From Lepidodermella squamata (lineage: Eukaryota; Animalia; Gastrotricha), in assembly GCA_047495785.1 (NCBI GenBank), contig JBLDXI010000055.1, forward strand, positions 248,001-312,000: a DNA stretch of 64,000 nucleotides. The letters run 5' to 3'. Shown piece after piece: positions 10,299 to 25,042 of the stretch (position 1 is its first letter; the number at the start of each line of letters is the position of its first letter). A program made the translations under genes and the position numbers. The notes beneath the pieces were generated by a model that saw nothing but the letters and a program-made list of their open reading frames with translations, ran no database searches and was not told the DNA's origin.

Positions 10299-13200
10299 AT
10301 GGCATTAAGTGTCGAAGACAGGCAGCGGCTGTCCGATCAAATTCGAGATTGGAATGCCTGTCGTCTCGAATTGTTCGAGATATCGCAGCCGGACCCTAAT
10401 GGCGAATTTTTCGGCGTCATTCGCTTCTTCTTCCAGGAAGCCGGCGAGAAAGTTGCCACAAAATGCATTCGAATTTCTAACACAATGACTACCCGCGAGA
10501 TAATAAGCATTCTCGTGGAAAAGTTTCGCCCCGATATGCGTATGCTCACGACTGGAAGTTATGCACTTTACGAGGTTCATTTCAGTGAGGAAAGGAAACT
10601 AGCTGACGAGGAGATGCCGTTGTTGGTCCAACTTTCATGGAGTAAGGGTGACCGAGAGGGTCGATTTTTACTTAAGAACGAAAACGAAGTTCAGCAGCCG
10701 CCAAAGGAGGAGATGAAGCGCAGGCTGTCTAAGCGCGAGAAGAAGGAAGCGAAACGAATGCCTGTTCAGCCTATTGTTGCAGCGCCGACCGAGGGAAAAG
10801 AGAATAAGCCTCGCGTTGGCGAGAATTTGTACAAGGAAGTACCGGAGACTTCCTTCACTCGGTCAATATCTAACCCTGAAGCTGTCATGCGACGTCGCCG
10901 TCAGCAGAAGCTAGAGAAGCTGCAGCAAGTTCAGCGACAGGAGGGTGGTGCAAGAGGAAATATCATCAAGATTTTCGGAGAAATGATTGACCCATCAATT
11001 CCGTATAAAACTGTTCTTTTATCGCGGCAGGACACGGCTGCTAATGTAGTGAGAGATATGTTGGTGAAATACGGGCGTGAACACGAGAATCCCGCTCACT
11101 ACTGTTTGCTGCTTGTTCAGCTGCAGCCGACCTCCGCCGGTCAGGAACTGCAGCGAGTCGAGTGTATTCTACAAGATACTGACTCGCCTTTAGTTGTCGC
11201 ACAACAACTACAGCCTGAATATATCAGGTTCGAAATTTGCCCGCGAAATCGTTTACCGCCAGGGCCGAACAACCCACCTATTTCACCGCAGTCATACCCT
11301 CCGCCGATTCACCCACAGCAACAGCAACAACAACAACAGCAACACCTGCTGCAAATGCTACCGGCTCAAAACAACAACGGCACGTTACCCGGCCAGCAGC
11401 CCTTACAGCGCAGTCTATCGGCTGATTTACTATCGCGTCAAAACAATGCGATAGAAGCAGGGCGTTATCCGTATTTGAAGGAGCTCGGACCTGATGGCCG
11501 TGATATTATGAACGGCAACATTTTCGTGCTAGACGCCGAGGTTACCGACGTCGGCAGAATGCCCCGTTTAGCCAATAATAACAACATTCAGCTTGTCGCA
11601 GTCGGCGTTCAGCCCCAGCATTGCGTCCTTGCGAGAATGGACGGGATAGTAACTGTAACTCCGTTTTCCAACGAAGCTGATACCTATGTTGATAATAGAC
11701 GGATTCATGAAACAGCAATTTTGGAGCATGGGGCGGTGATTCGTTTCGGGCGCCAGGCAGTTTTTCGCTTCTTGGACCCGGCTTTTGAACTGCAGCAGCA
11801 AAAACAGGCTGGTCCAAAACCGCCGCCTGGTGCTATCCGAGTTTTGCCGCCGAACATTGTGGCCGAAATTCCTCAGCAGCGAGTGACCAGTCCGGTGCTG
11901 ATGGCCGGGCATGCGATGACCCAGTCAACGTCTGCGTCACAACTCCTGACCGGTTATCAGCAGGCCGCATCTGAGCGGCTTGATGAGTTACCTGCATCAC
12001 TCGTGCTCGGCGACAACAATGAAGACCGCTTCCTGGCCTATGTCGTGCTAGATTCGCAGTCGACTAATTCTCAGTTCAGGCTAGCACCTGCGTTCGTGCT
12101 TTACATGGCCGCTCGATTCCGTTTAACAAACCGCTATCAGCCACAACCACCTATTTACTGGCAAGACAAACCACAGAAAATCATGGTGTTCCTCGAAAAA
12201 GTTGCTACAACCATTCGCCGCGCGATCCACACGAAACCAGCTGATGTCGGCTACCTCGCGTTCTGGCTGGCGAATTCATCGGAATTGCTGAATTTCCTGC
12301 GCTGCGATCTCGATTTAGCGCCGCTTTCCGAATCTTCCCGAGCAATTCTCAGCGAAGCCGTGCAAATGTCGTTCCACTACCTGGTCAACGCTGTCCATCT
12401 GGAGCTGAACAAAGCCGTGCTACCGACGTTTTTCGCCGATAACGACGACGATCTTCGCATTGAGCAAGACGCAAGTCGTCGAAATGCGTCGACGTCTTCG
12501 CTTTCAAGCGGCGCCTCGGATGTCGTTCAGCTACTGACTGTCGTCATGTCGCTATCCCGCCGTTGCCGGATCAATGCTGGGTTGACCATTCAGTTATTTT
12601 CACACTGGTTTCATTTCATCAATCACCGTATTTTCAATACGTTGATTCAGTCGGCACCGCGTTACTGCACACGGGCGTGGGGTAGTCGGCTGTTAAGGCG
12701 GCTTAATGCCGTGCACGCTTGGGCGGAGAAAAATGGCCTCGAGCTGGCGGTTGATACACACTTGGAGCGCGCTCGTCAGGCCACGGTGTTGCTCGAGGCA
12801 GCGAAGGACAGCCCGGCCCAGGCCGGTAACTTGGCGGCTCGCATCTTCCGACTGAACTCAATCCAGGTCAAGGCACTACTAGACGGTTGCGCACGGGGTA
12901 AGTCGTTACTAATTGGCTTAACGCTCCGTTTAACTTGTGTTTTTCTATTATTATTATTATCTAGCGGTGGCTCAAGGACTGGACTCTGCGCACTTGTCAC
13001 GGCAGTTTGTTGAGACGCTGCTGACGGCTGCCCGTCAAACCGCAGATGAAGCGCTCCGTGCTGCCGGTTTCGATGTTGTACTCTACGAGCGCGAAGACCT
13101 CAATGCACGTTTCTTGATGCCGGATGATGGCTACGCATCCGAGTAAGTATCAATGATGAGGGGAATATTTGCACACTATAATATTGAGTGGTCACTTTTG

Positions 13201-16200
13201 GGCTAAGTAGCACAATCATCCGGGTGCATTTATCATACAGTCATACAGTCATAACACTTCATTTACGGCTATTATTGATAATTGATGATTGAGAATTCGG
13301 GAAAATCTGAAAGCCGTCGATCGCTCGTTGTTTCAGTCCATTTTCTCAAAAATGTTCGAAATAGTTTTTTATTTTTTCTTCCCTTTAATATAAAAATAAT
13401 GAAGAGTAAAATTTTATCATGCCCTTATTTTGCGTTTCAGTGTGACCAAAGAAATTCCGCCTGGCTTGCAAGACTTCCTGCAGCCGGTAATCAAGGACCA
13501 AATTTGTCAGCTGAACATTCAACAAGGCGCTACCGGATCATGGGTCGTTTATTTCACGAAAAAAGGAGCTTTTCTCGACCGACCGCCCAGCGACTTGCAG
13601 CAGCACGCCCCTGCGCCGCAGCAATTTATCCAGCCTCAACAGCAACAACAACAACACCAAATGCCGATTCAAACGGCTGCGATGAATGGCGCCTATCAGG
13701 CCACTCCGAATCGAATGTCACTAGCTATGGACCAACAGCACCCGCCCCATTCTCCGAGTTACCAGATTCCGGCAGAACCACCCCTGGTAACAGTCCAGTT
13801 GCAGAAACTAGGCAACAGTCTAGGTTTGAGTATCGTAGCCGCGAGGGGCGAAGTCAATAAACTGCGCGGAATTTACGTCAAATCAGTCGTGCCCAACGGA
13901 GCAGCATATTTGGACGGCCGTATCAAGGAGGGCGATCAGTTGGTCGAAGTCGATGGTAGGTCGCTTCAGGGTCTGTCTCAGGAAAGTGCGGCTGAAATGC
14001 TGGTATCAACTGGTCAAGTTGTGACGCTACTCGTCGCCAAACAGGCTGCGATGTATCATGGCGTTGCTATGTTACTCGGCCAGGCTAATTTGGCCAACCA
14101 GCCATTGCCTTACACGAACCAGGCTCCGATTTCGCCGCCAGTAGCCGCGGATCCTCAATACGCGAGGCCGGAATATGCAAGACCAAGGAGTCATAATGAA
14201 GATCTGAAGACTCCTATAACCCCCCAACAGCAATTGGCGAACGTGATGACTCAGTCTTATTCCGGGTCATTCCCTAGTCAGCCGCAACCTGCGATTCAAC
14301 GGATGCCTGTAGCGGTGCAGAATGAGCCACCATACGTCGCTCCGTCTTACGAAAACTGGAGCCAGGCTCAAGTTTCGCAGACTTCGGGCGTTTTCAATCA
14401 AGCTCAAATCGCGAAGACTGCCAGTTCCTCCGTGCCGAATTTGCTACAGCAAGCTCCCCCGCCTGTTCAGCAGCAATCGGTCAATAAAGCGCCAATCAAG
14501 GAATTATTGCCTGTTTCCATCGCAACTCGCATCACTGCGTCGGATTCTTCATCAATGCCGAAAATGGATGTAGAACCTGAGAGGTTACATCCTTACTTCT
14601 ACGCGAATACCATCCCTCTCCAGGAACAGCACCCTCATTTCGAGAGAATGTTCTCGCCCGAGGACTACGATGTTCCCCGCAGTGATATTGCACCATATCG
14701 GCCGCCGAACCCTGAGCGGAGAATGCTTGTCCCCCTACCGCAAATTCCTCTGGTCGAGGTCAAAGCCAAGGATGCCCAGCCTGAGTTTTTCAAGGCATTA
14801 CGACCAAACACTTCGCCCATTAGAAATCAGCCTCCACAACAGGATTCGAATTATATGCATCTGTCCGAGTTAGCATCTTCCAGCCAGCCGAATTTGAGTG
14901 GTAGTAGATCGAGGTTGAGCAGCGGGTCGAGCGGTCCTTTGTTACAGCAACCTACCAGGCAGAGTCAAACGTCTAGCACTAGTTTCTCCACAACAATTGG
15001 CGCCCGGCCCTACGAGTCACAGCCGCCTTCGATTTTGCAAGAACCGAAACGACTAGGCCTCAGCTCTTCGAAAGAATCGCTCCCACCTTCGGGCCCTCAG
15101 CCGATAATGACTTCGGCTAGAAAGAGCGAGCTGGCTGAACTGGAATCGCGCGCCATCCTAACGCAATCTGAGCTTGAACGTCTTCGTCAGTTGCGAATTG
15201 GTAACGGAACTGGCATCATTTCCGAGCCGTATCGTCTGGCTTCGCATAATGACGAAAGAACTGGACCGGCTGGCACTGAAGATCTGGAAAATCGCAGAAC
15301 ATCTCTTCAGGTAAGCATAGTAACCTTTTCTAGTAATCGAAATCCCTTATTTATTTGACAATGAATTAAACAATGACAGAGATGGATTGAGGTAGGCATT
15401 GTGATATACTTATATTTACTTAGATCGTTTTCTTTCAAAAAACGCTCGCACTTGTAGTCATCTGCTGCGCGCTTTGGATAATTTTTTCCGATGCTTAATT
15501 ATTTGTTTATTACGCACATCAAGTCTATTGTTGGCTCACATCATGGTCGGAAGGTACCTACGCTACCTCATGTCCTTATCGTCGATTTGTAAAAATCGCG
15601 GCTTTACTTATACAATGACATTAATAGCTACTAAATAGCGCGTATAAATGTTATTATCGCTTCGCCCGTTGTTGATATCGTGGCGTGTGTTGTCTCCGGA
15701 ACGCTTGCCGTCGTGATTATTCTGGCGTACCTTGATACATTAATTGAATTATTTCGTTATTAATGGCGCATGAAAAATTATTTCGCGGTAATTTGACCCT
15801 TGATTAATTTCGTTTTTTATTCGTTAAAATAGACCCAGAACCATCACCGCGATGCAGACGCCGAACGTCGGCGCGAAGAAGAGATCGAACAAATGCGAGT
15901 TCAAAAAGAAATGGTAATTGAATGATAAAAAAATAAGAAATTCTCATGAAAATCATCTTAATTTAGGAGCGGGTTAGTTTGAGAAAACAGCAGGGATTTC
16001 CCTCGTCCAGCCCGACACCACCCCCGCCTACAACTATGGCCAACGCACGTTTGGTCACGTCGACGTATTCCTCTGCCCCACCGCCTACCAGCGCCCTAGC
16101 TGGTGGAATTTTGACTGGCTCTTATACAGTATCTTCACCTGCTACTAGTCCCAAGCCAGCGCCGAAATTTAACGTAGTCGCGAAACCAGTCCCGCCTCCA

Positions 16201-16725
16201 GTCGCGCCGAAGCCCTTGACAGGCCCGAAGCCGTACCCGAAGCCTTCAGTAGCCCCGAAGCCGAATATGTCATCATCTCTACACATGCCATCGTCGCTAA
16301 CTTCGGCTCCTCCGCCGTGGCGCTCCGCTCAATCACCCTCGCCACCCCCTCCACCACTGCCTAGCAGTCCGCCCCCGTCAGATCTGCCGGACGAATTCGA
16401 TCGGCGTCAGGTCAGCCCTCCGAGTGGTGTGATTGGCAAGGGCGAAGTGTACCGTGATCCTCGAGATCGAATTCTTCAGGAACGTGCGTATTATGAGCAA
16501 CAAGACCTTGCCCCTCCTCAATCCGGATCGGCGCCATCCTCGGCCAGCCGTCTTACTTTTCACGATAAGGTGGGTGTACAATTAATTTCTCACTATGGAT
16601 GTTGAACTGTGGACTAATTTCAGATGCGACTATTTGCACACGAAGCGGGCGAAGTTACACCGAAAGATCGTGTGAAAGCCTCGAGAACTCAGTTGCAGCT
16701 CGAACATAAGCTTCAAACGCACTAG
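10299..16725 (+). CDS. AFDN: Afadin / canoe (RA-RA-FHA-DIL-PDZ, proline-rich tail)
   Basis: Two RA domains (GVIRFFFQE..VATKCIRIS; IPYKTVLLS), FHA-like region, DIL domain (LTIQLFSHWFHFIN), PDZ (LGLSIVAARG..GIYVKSVV) and a canoe-like C-terminus (LTFHDKMRLFA..TPKDRVKASR) after splicing 16571-16623. Confidence 0.92.
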
Positions 16726-18012
16726 AAGCCTTTCCTCTCTTTTCTCTCAGAAAACCACAAAAATAGTGAATCAATGCAAACGCCCCGTGCTGTTCTTTCC
16801 CAGTCTTCCTGCTCTGGTTGTTGAAAGCTATTCTTTCGAGTAAATGACCATCTAATTTTATGTTGCCGCCGCTCTTAGCCAATTTTTCGAATGATAATTT
16901 GCCTTTTCATTACTTTTCAACGCTCATGTTTTCCTTCTAAAATGCGTGCATCAGGTCTCGGATTTCAAATTTGTTGAGATATCACTCGCTTTTCCACTTT
17001 CTTTGTTTGTTTGATCAACTTGGTTGGGCTCTTGCTGGTGCTTTTCAACTTCGTCTGCATTATATGTTTGCGATTCTACTAACAGTTTTGGTGACCAAAA
17101 TGTCCCTAACAATGCCTTCTTTTCTCGTACTTCTCGAGCTGTGCTGCGTCTGCAAACTTCCTGTGAATTTTTGCGTTTTTTCTACTTTCATTCGTTCATC
17201 AAACCACTGTAACCAAGTCACTTCATTCTCAAATTTGTTATATTTAAGGTTGTTATTTATTCCATTATCCGCATTTTCTCAATTATATTACAATCTGTTC
17301 AACATGGAATAAGCAAGAATTCTAATTTATTGCACTTAATTTTATTACCGACTTGGATATCTTTTCTACCCGCTTTTTATGCGACGAATGATGTATTGCG
17401 TTGTAACTGTTTTGGTAGCCTTGGTCTATTCTGACTTGTACAAACATTCGTGTTGTGAATCGCGCGGTTCAAGTCTCTCACTTTTTCCATTCCATTTGAA
17501 TTATATATGTGTCTCAATATTATTGAAGAGGATGCAACAAACAACGACCACTACCTAGAAGGAAATGATAAAACGCGATATTCTTAATAACAATTATTCA
17601 ATTATTTCTAATGACCAACCTTTTCTGCTGTTGTCCATCATTTTAGCCAAACGATTGTCAATGCTTTTGCGAAAGACGCTTCTTGTAAATAAAAAACAGA
17701 CATGGAAAACCTGGCGAGTTGCCTTTTATTGGATTTTGGGCCACTATTTGTAAAATTGCTCCGCGTCGGTACTAGTGATGTCACTACCTTTGCGAGACAA
17801 ACAGCACGATACAGAATACCTTAAATTCGGGGGCGACTTCATTATTCAGTAATACGTAGTTTCACTCGACAAGGATTTCCCTGAAAACTCAACGACTAAA
17901 GTAGATTGCGGATGAGTAAAATTGAGGGGACACCTTGAACAAACACGTGGAAACATTATTTCTACCAATAGACAAAATGTGTGTGGGTGTACGGTAGCCA
18001 TTTTGACCCAGG

Positions 18013-18115
18013 GTGACTTCCCCCTCATTTTTTAACCTGGGCGTGGCGTCATACTGATAGTACTTTTATTTTTAATTCCTCCCTCCTACTCAAGCCAAAA
18101 TGAGGGAGAAATCAC
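18013..18115. repeat. Miniature inverted-repeat element (19-bp arms, 17/19 match)
   Basis: GTGACTTCCCCCTCATTTT (18013-18031) versus the reverse complement of AAAATGAGGGAGAAATCAC (18097-18115). Confidence 0.5.
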
Positions 18116-20370
18116 AGTATAAAAACGACCGAAATGAAGCAAACATTGCAGTCCACGTTGACTACAACGATATGGTCACCCTAGGTGATTTAACGGCAGA
18201 CTGTTTTCGTAAAATAAGAGCTGTCAAAGGCTGAATGACTTGAATTGGCTATCCGACGGTACCCCACATGGGGTCTTTACGTTGTCGGCTTCGATACTTG
18301 AGTGGTACAAAGTCCCCCCATCAGCATCTAACATGTGTTTCGGGTGACTTCGGGTGACCACCGTTAACTGTCCAGTACAATTCATGCTTGTACCTGATAG
18401 TTACTTTGACTGCACTATCTGTTTCTACTCGTTACTGGCTTTCCGGCGACATCCACACTGAGGGGGTTTGCATATCGATTTGCCAATATTTTATTGAATG
18501 AAATTCGATCGCAAAAGCCTATGCCAATGTCACCCCACTAACCAAAGTCACTCTAAATTACGGTACTTTTCCGGAGGGCGGTGGGATTATTTCGTCAATA
18601 AATGTGGGTTTAGAAAGAATATCTCAATCAAACATGAGCTGAACCATGCATCGAAACAAAGTTATACTTGCTTAAAATAGTCGGGTACATGGCGCATACA
18701 ACCCTGAGCTGCCATAATTTTGCCGAGCACGTGAACAATTAACAGGATCACTACTGCAGATTGCAGACGAATAATTCGATCATTCTTTCCAACCTCCGCT
18801 TTTTTCGAAGTCGAGGCTTCGCCAGCAGTGTCAATCACCGGTACATTTTTATACGCATGTTTAGGATCGATAGAAACAACGTTTTTCCGCTCGACGTATT
18901 ATTTAGCCGAGTTCATGTGGTGAAAATCTCACACCTCTGTGGTGACAATCTCGCTGCGGGTTTTAGCCCGACCAATCGGTCCAATAACTTCAAGGCGGAA
19001 TCTGTACGGAGTGATGAAACTGTTACCCATCGCTATTCAGAACCCATTAGTTTAAATAACTTCAAAACAAAGAAAATAATTTCCGAAACCACATTGTTTA
19101 CTGTTTAATGCTTCATTAAATTTCGAAAAACATAGCGACAAAAGTAGCACATTTTGGTACATATTTTTCAATTTTAACCGAACTAACAGTAGTCATAAAT
19201 AGTGTTGTATTAAACGAAAATAACGCAAAAGAGCTGCAATGGAATGCCATCTAAAACGAGGCAAACGAGCAATGAATGAAATGAAGCGGCCAAGTCACGA
19301 CATGAAACAGCCAGAAAATAGGTAACACGTAAATAACAGGAAGCCGAAATTGCACTGTATCTGAAATTAGTCATTTACCGACAAGAATGCAGCTGCCACT
19401 CACTTACAAGAATAAATCATAAAGAAGTCGGCAAAATTTCAAAGTAAAATAATTTGTAAATGTGCGCCGATAAATCGAAAATATGTTATCTATCATTGTT
19501 GACTTTTCGCAATTTACAATCGAACATTTGTACCGTGCACCGGTGGCAGAAACTGGCAACATTAATATAATATTTTATCATAAACGCAGGTAGGTAGCTA
19601 TGATCAAGCACATTCCGAATACTGCACTATTGAAGAATTAATAAACTAGACTTTCAACGGCAAATTTTTTGTTATAAGCAATAAAAAAAGCTCGACCAGC
19701 TCATTAACTTATGATTTAGTAAAATTGCGGTAGACAGAAATAAATAAGTAATTCGTATAAAGGGGATACATAAACATCGAAAAGAGACGACAGGCATTCT
19801 TCCCTCAGCTCTGTACAAAAAATTATCATTTTTGTAGGTAAACACAATTACACCGCTTTATAGACGAGAGAGACAGAGACACACAAAGGCTCATCAGATC
19901 AAGAAATAAAAACTAGATTGACTTTTTCAGACTCGAGACGTAAAATGAGATGCGTAATTTTCAGAAAAATGACTATTATGACAACAAACTGTTACACAAC
20001 GCGTTTATCACTTATCAGTCGCCCTAGCTTGTTGAATCCTTTCACTTTTTGGTTGTCGGTATAAAAAATAGTCTCCTCCTTAAAAGTTTCAAAGTTAGCA
20101 AATCACTCTGCTGCATTCTCTGATAGAGATATATCATCATCATGTAATAAAAATTTTGTCAAGGAAGTCGAATGTTCGGTGACACGTAAAGCACATGGTC
20201 CCACATAAGACAGACAAGCAAAAACAATAAGACATCATACTTTAACTACCAAGTAGTGATGAATTGTTGAATTTCAGAAGTCTAAATTAATAATCAATAA
20301 ATTGAAGACGAGCGAGAAACTTTGGTGGTATTTGGGTGGTATTTGAAGTCGTGGGCAGGCGAGCGGTTTT

Positions 20371-21186
<816 letters not shown>

Positions 21187-21559
21187 TCTAAAACCAGCTC
21201 GCTAAATCTGTCGCTTTTCTTAGTATTGTAGCTGATAACAAACAAATTACATAATAATTTGCCTAAAAACTGAAACATGCCATTAGGGATACGTCTTCCT
21301 TTCTTCATTTACAATAGCAAAGCATCGATTGAATATAATGAGAAAAATCAATAATATTCATTTCGTAATTATCATTTAAGAAGCACCCGCTGAAAGCACA
21401 AGCAAAATAACTGTATCCTGTTAATACTGATGCGCAAGTCAGCAGCTAGGTTATCAAAGATAGAATCACAGGAATCATTCCGTTGTTTGGCAATTCAAAA
21501 CAACTCAATTAGGAATATTAAAATAAAACATCGATGTAAATACATGCAATTTTGCGCCA

Positions 21560-23085
21560 TTAACTGCTGCAACCGCCATGAGTCAACTTGTCAACGATTT
21601 GCTGAATAGCAGTATAGGTGCCGATGAAAAATCCAGCAAAACCAACAATTAAAATTAGGATGTTCTTGACCAATAAAAAGACTAGTTTCCCTTTATCATG
21701 ATTCTGATGATGCACTGGAGCGAATGCAATGAGATCGATAAAGGCAGGAATTAAAATCGACAGCGCAGAACCTGAAAAACGCTTTCTCAGTCAAGTAAAA
21801 ACGCTAATAAACTGCAAATCATACCGGTGAAGGCCCCAACCAACGAGAAAATCTCATCAAGACAAGGGACGGCAGCTGCAAGTGCAAATGTTACCAAGCC
21901 TAACAGGCATCTAAAGGCAGTTTCGGCCCAGAACGCTTTTTTCGTCGACATTTTAAAATGAGCAGCAATAGGAGGGAACATGACAATGACAGCTACGTAC
22001 AGCTGCAGGCCGTAGGAAATGTAAATTTGAACAATGACCATCACAATACAGATGGCATAAAGCCAGCCGAGTGAATCGGTGGTGATCAAAGGGATGACAT
22101 AATCAGTTAACACGCCATTGAAATCCGCACCAACTTTCAGATAGCCAAAGAATCCCATGAATGCGTAAAGAACCGCCACAATGGTCATTCCGAGGATTAA
22201 CACGCCCGTCCAGCCATCGAACGCTTCGGGGTCTTTCATCTTGTTACGGAGCGGCATAACCAAATTGATTCCTTCAAAGGCAAAGATAATAGTACCGAAA
22301 GCCAACGGAATCGTAGAAAAATCGCCAAAAAGCGGCAAATTTTCGACAGCGATTGTCCTATCGCGAATGATGTATTGAAAAACGATTGATAAACAAATCA
22401 AAACGCAGAAGTTGGCAACGGTGGTGAAAATCGACAGCAACTGGAGGTATCGCACTTGAATGTAGGGCAGTAATGCAACCAAAGTTATGACCTCGTATAT
22501 TTGGATAGACATGGAAAACCCAGTGGTGGTGGAGACTAGCTGCTGAATGCTGGACGAAATGAATAGTAAGTATGCAGTACATCCCATCATCTGAGCAGTG
22601 ACAATGAACACATTGACAAGTCCACGAAATTTTTTAGAGTGATTGCGTATCCAGGACGGTCCCAGCTTTATAGCCTCTCCGCAGGTATCAGGGTAATTGA
22701 AATGTTTAATGCCTTCCGGATTCTTCTCCGCCAAGTAGGCGCTAACGTCAACCAATTGCTTCATGCAGTATGTGGCGACAAAGCCCAGAATTAGGATGCC
22801 AGCGGTTCCGCCCACCAATCCAGCGTTTGCGATCGCAGATGGCATAGCAAGAACACCAATGCCGACATTCCCTTTAATCAAATTCATCAAGGTACCAATG
22901 TTAGATGTCGGTTTTCCAGGATTGCTCAGGTCATGCGGGTCAGCGGACTCCTCTCGGTTGATCAAATCGGAACTCTCATTGTGATGAGAATGTGAAGAAA
23001 CCCCCACAGCAACGTGTGAGCCCTCCAGGCCGTCATAAGACGTATTGACCGAAGCTTTCTCTCGGTGAGGTGATCCAGATTCCAT
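21560..23085 (-). CDS. Proton-coupled amino acid transporter (SLC36/pathetic family)
   Basis: TLMNLIKGNVGIGVLAMP, FGTIIFAFEGINLVMPL, GFFGYLK and multiple TM helices. One short intron near 21772-21822 adds the final TM exon. Confidence 0.9.
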
Positions 23086-24212
23086 GTTATATCAACTAGA
23101 TCACCAGTCAATTATCATGCGATCCTAGACATATCAAGGTTAAATAGAAATGAACCTTTAGACAAGCATTAATCTCCACGGAGGACGGAGGCATTGGACA
23201 CAGTTGTTAGTTCAAAAGATCTCGTGCATTACACCCCGTCCTAAATAGAAAATTAGGAGATTTACATCCTGAGAAGGAAGAGGCAGGAAATATCCAAGAT
23301 ACATGAAAACATCTGAATAGGAATGGAAAAATGAGACTTCTGAATGAGACTGAATGAAACATGGCATCTGATCTCAGCTCTAGTGTCTAGCTCACACTTT
23401 TTGTCAAATAAAGATTGGTGTTGCGCGGCAATGAGCGTGCATAAGATGCAGCTGCATTATTTTGATTCTCAAAAAGGTTACGAGATACGAATCAATAGTA
23501 ACGTCTCAAATAAGCGACTGTGCCAGTATCGCAGACGCGGTGATGGCTGAGCGTACTTGGGATCTTAAAATGGCATATCAGATTCTGTTTATCATTTCAT
23601 ATGGGGACCCATATGCCCACATTGGAGGAAGTACTTATCTAAATGAGACACGGCCTTAAGCCATAAAATATGAAATGGTCATCATATCCTATCAACAATT
23701 ATCACCGGAAAGAATCACCACCTCCAATAATATGTACATCTCAACGATGTCGCACTTTGCAACCCAGCAAAGCGGAAAGTGATCTCTCAGAAACATACGG
23801 TCCTTTCTATTAAGAACCAAGAAGCATATTTCATATTGAAAGTTTAACGTGTTATATGAGTGATTCTGGTGAGCTGAAACCTAGAAACGGCGCTGAACGC
23901 TAACAATCAAGTGGCAGATTCCGATCCGAGCTGTTTCAAAAACCATCAAAAACCAAAAACCTAGGCGAAGAACAGCTGAAAAGTTGGTCCGCGCTGATGT
24001 CGATGCCGCGTTGAGGACTCACAAACACGCCCATGAAAAATGACCCATCGACGGTCAGCTACCCCACTGCAGTTAAAAACAATCGCGAATTTTCAGCAGA
24101 TACAAATTAGCTGATTCGAAGGCATTATTTTAAACATATCACATTCTTATATTTATTCCCAGGTTCAAAAATGTATGGAACATATCATGCCGGCACTTTC
24201 AAATCCTTGGGA

Positions 24213-24452
24213 TCCGCACTGAGTAATCCCTTCCGCGGGTGAACTCGGGAGCAAGTGAAGGAGCAACTCAAGAGCAACTGACCATACCACAACAGCAAGA
24301 GTGCCTCGATTGCCTGCTGCTCTAACATGGCGGCCGACTTGTCGTACACAATTTTTCCAGAGATTCAATTTCTAGAGGCACACGGCCATTGGACCAATCA
24401 TAGTTACAAAAGATACTGTTCGGTCGGTTTTACGACCGGGTTGAATTTATAG
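24213..24452 (+). pseudogene. Possible degenerate tyrosine-recombinase fragment (DIRS/Ngaro/Crypton-type relic)
   Basis: Frame with two internal TGA stops reads TREQVKEQLKSN*PYHNSKSASIA...EAHGHWTNHSYKRY, resembling the YR C-terminal HSxR...GxWxSxxxxxY boxes. Confidence 0.25.
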
Positions 24453-25042
24453 TCGTTGTCACGCAGTCCGAAGATAGCTGCTTTGGCTAGATCGTTTCAA
24501 CGTTCACGAAGGTTGTTGAAGAATTTAAGGCTCATCATTCTCGCTAAGTTTGGAATGTAAAATGAATTCATGGATAGGCAATTCAGACGGATTTTTTGCG
24601 ATATGCGATAGGATTAAAATTCGGCCCATGGTTGCTTTATGCTTCGAATGGAAAAATCGTATGTATTGTCTCAAACACTTGTAGAATAAAAAGCTCATTT
24701 AGCATGTCCAATTTTGTAATCCCTATCCAACAGCAACAAAGAAAAGAAACACCAATAGGCCGATTTCCAATTTTATCGCATATAACTAGTTCCTAGCCCT
24801 TTTGAGGTACTGTATACGCGATAATATTGATAATATTGATAATTTTTGCGAATATCGAGAGGGATAATAGACCTCGCGAAAATTTTCTAATCACAAGATG
24901 GCCCATCTCTCTCGTTAATATGCTATTGGTAACGTAATTCATGATGCTCTGCCCAAATTTAAAGATGCCTAGTTTGATCTTCTATTTGTTACTGATTTTT
25001 TCTTACATAGAAAATTCTTACAATCATTGAATAGTTTGAAGC

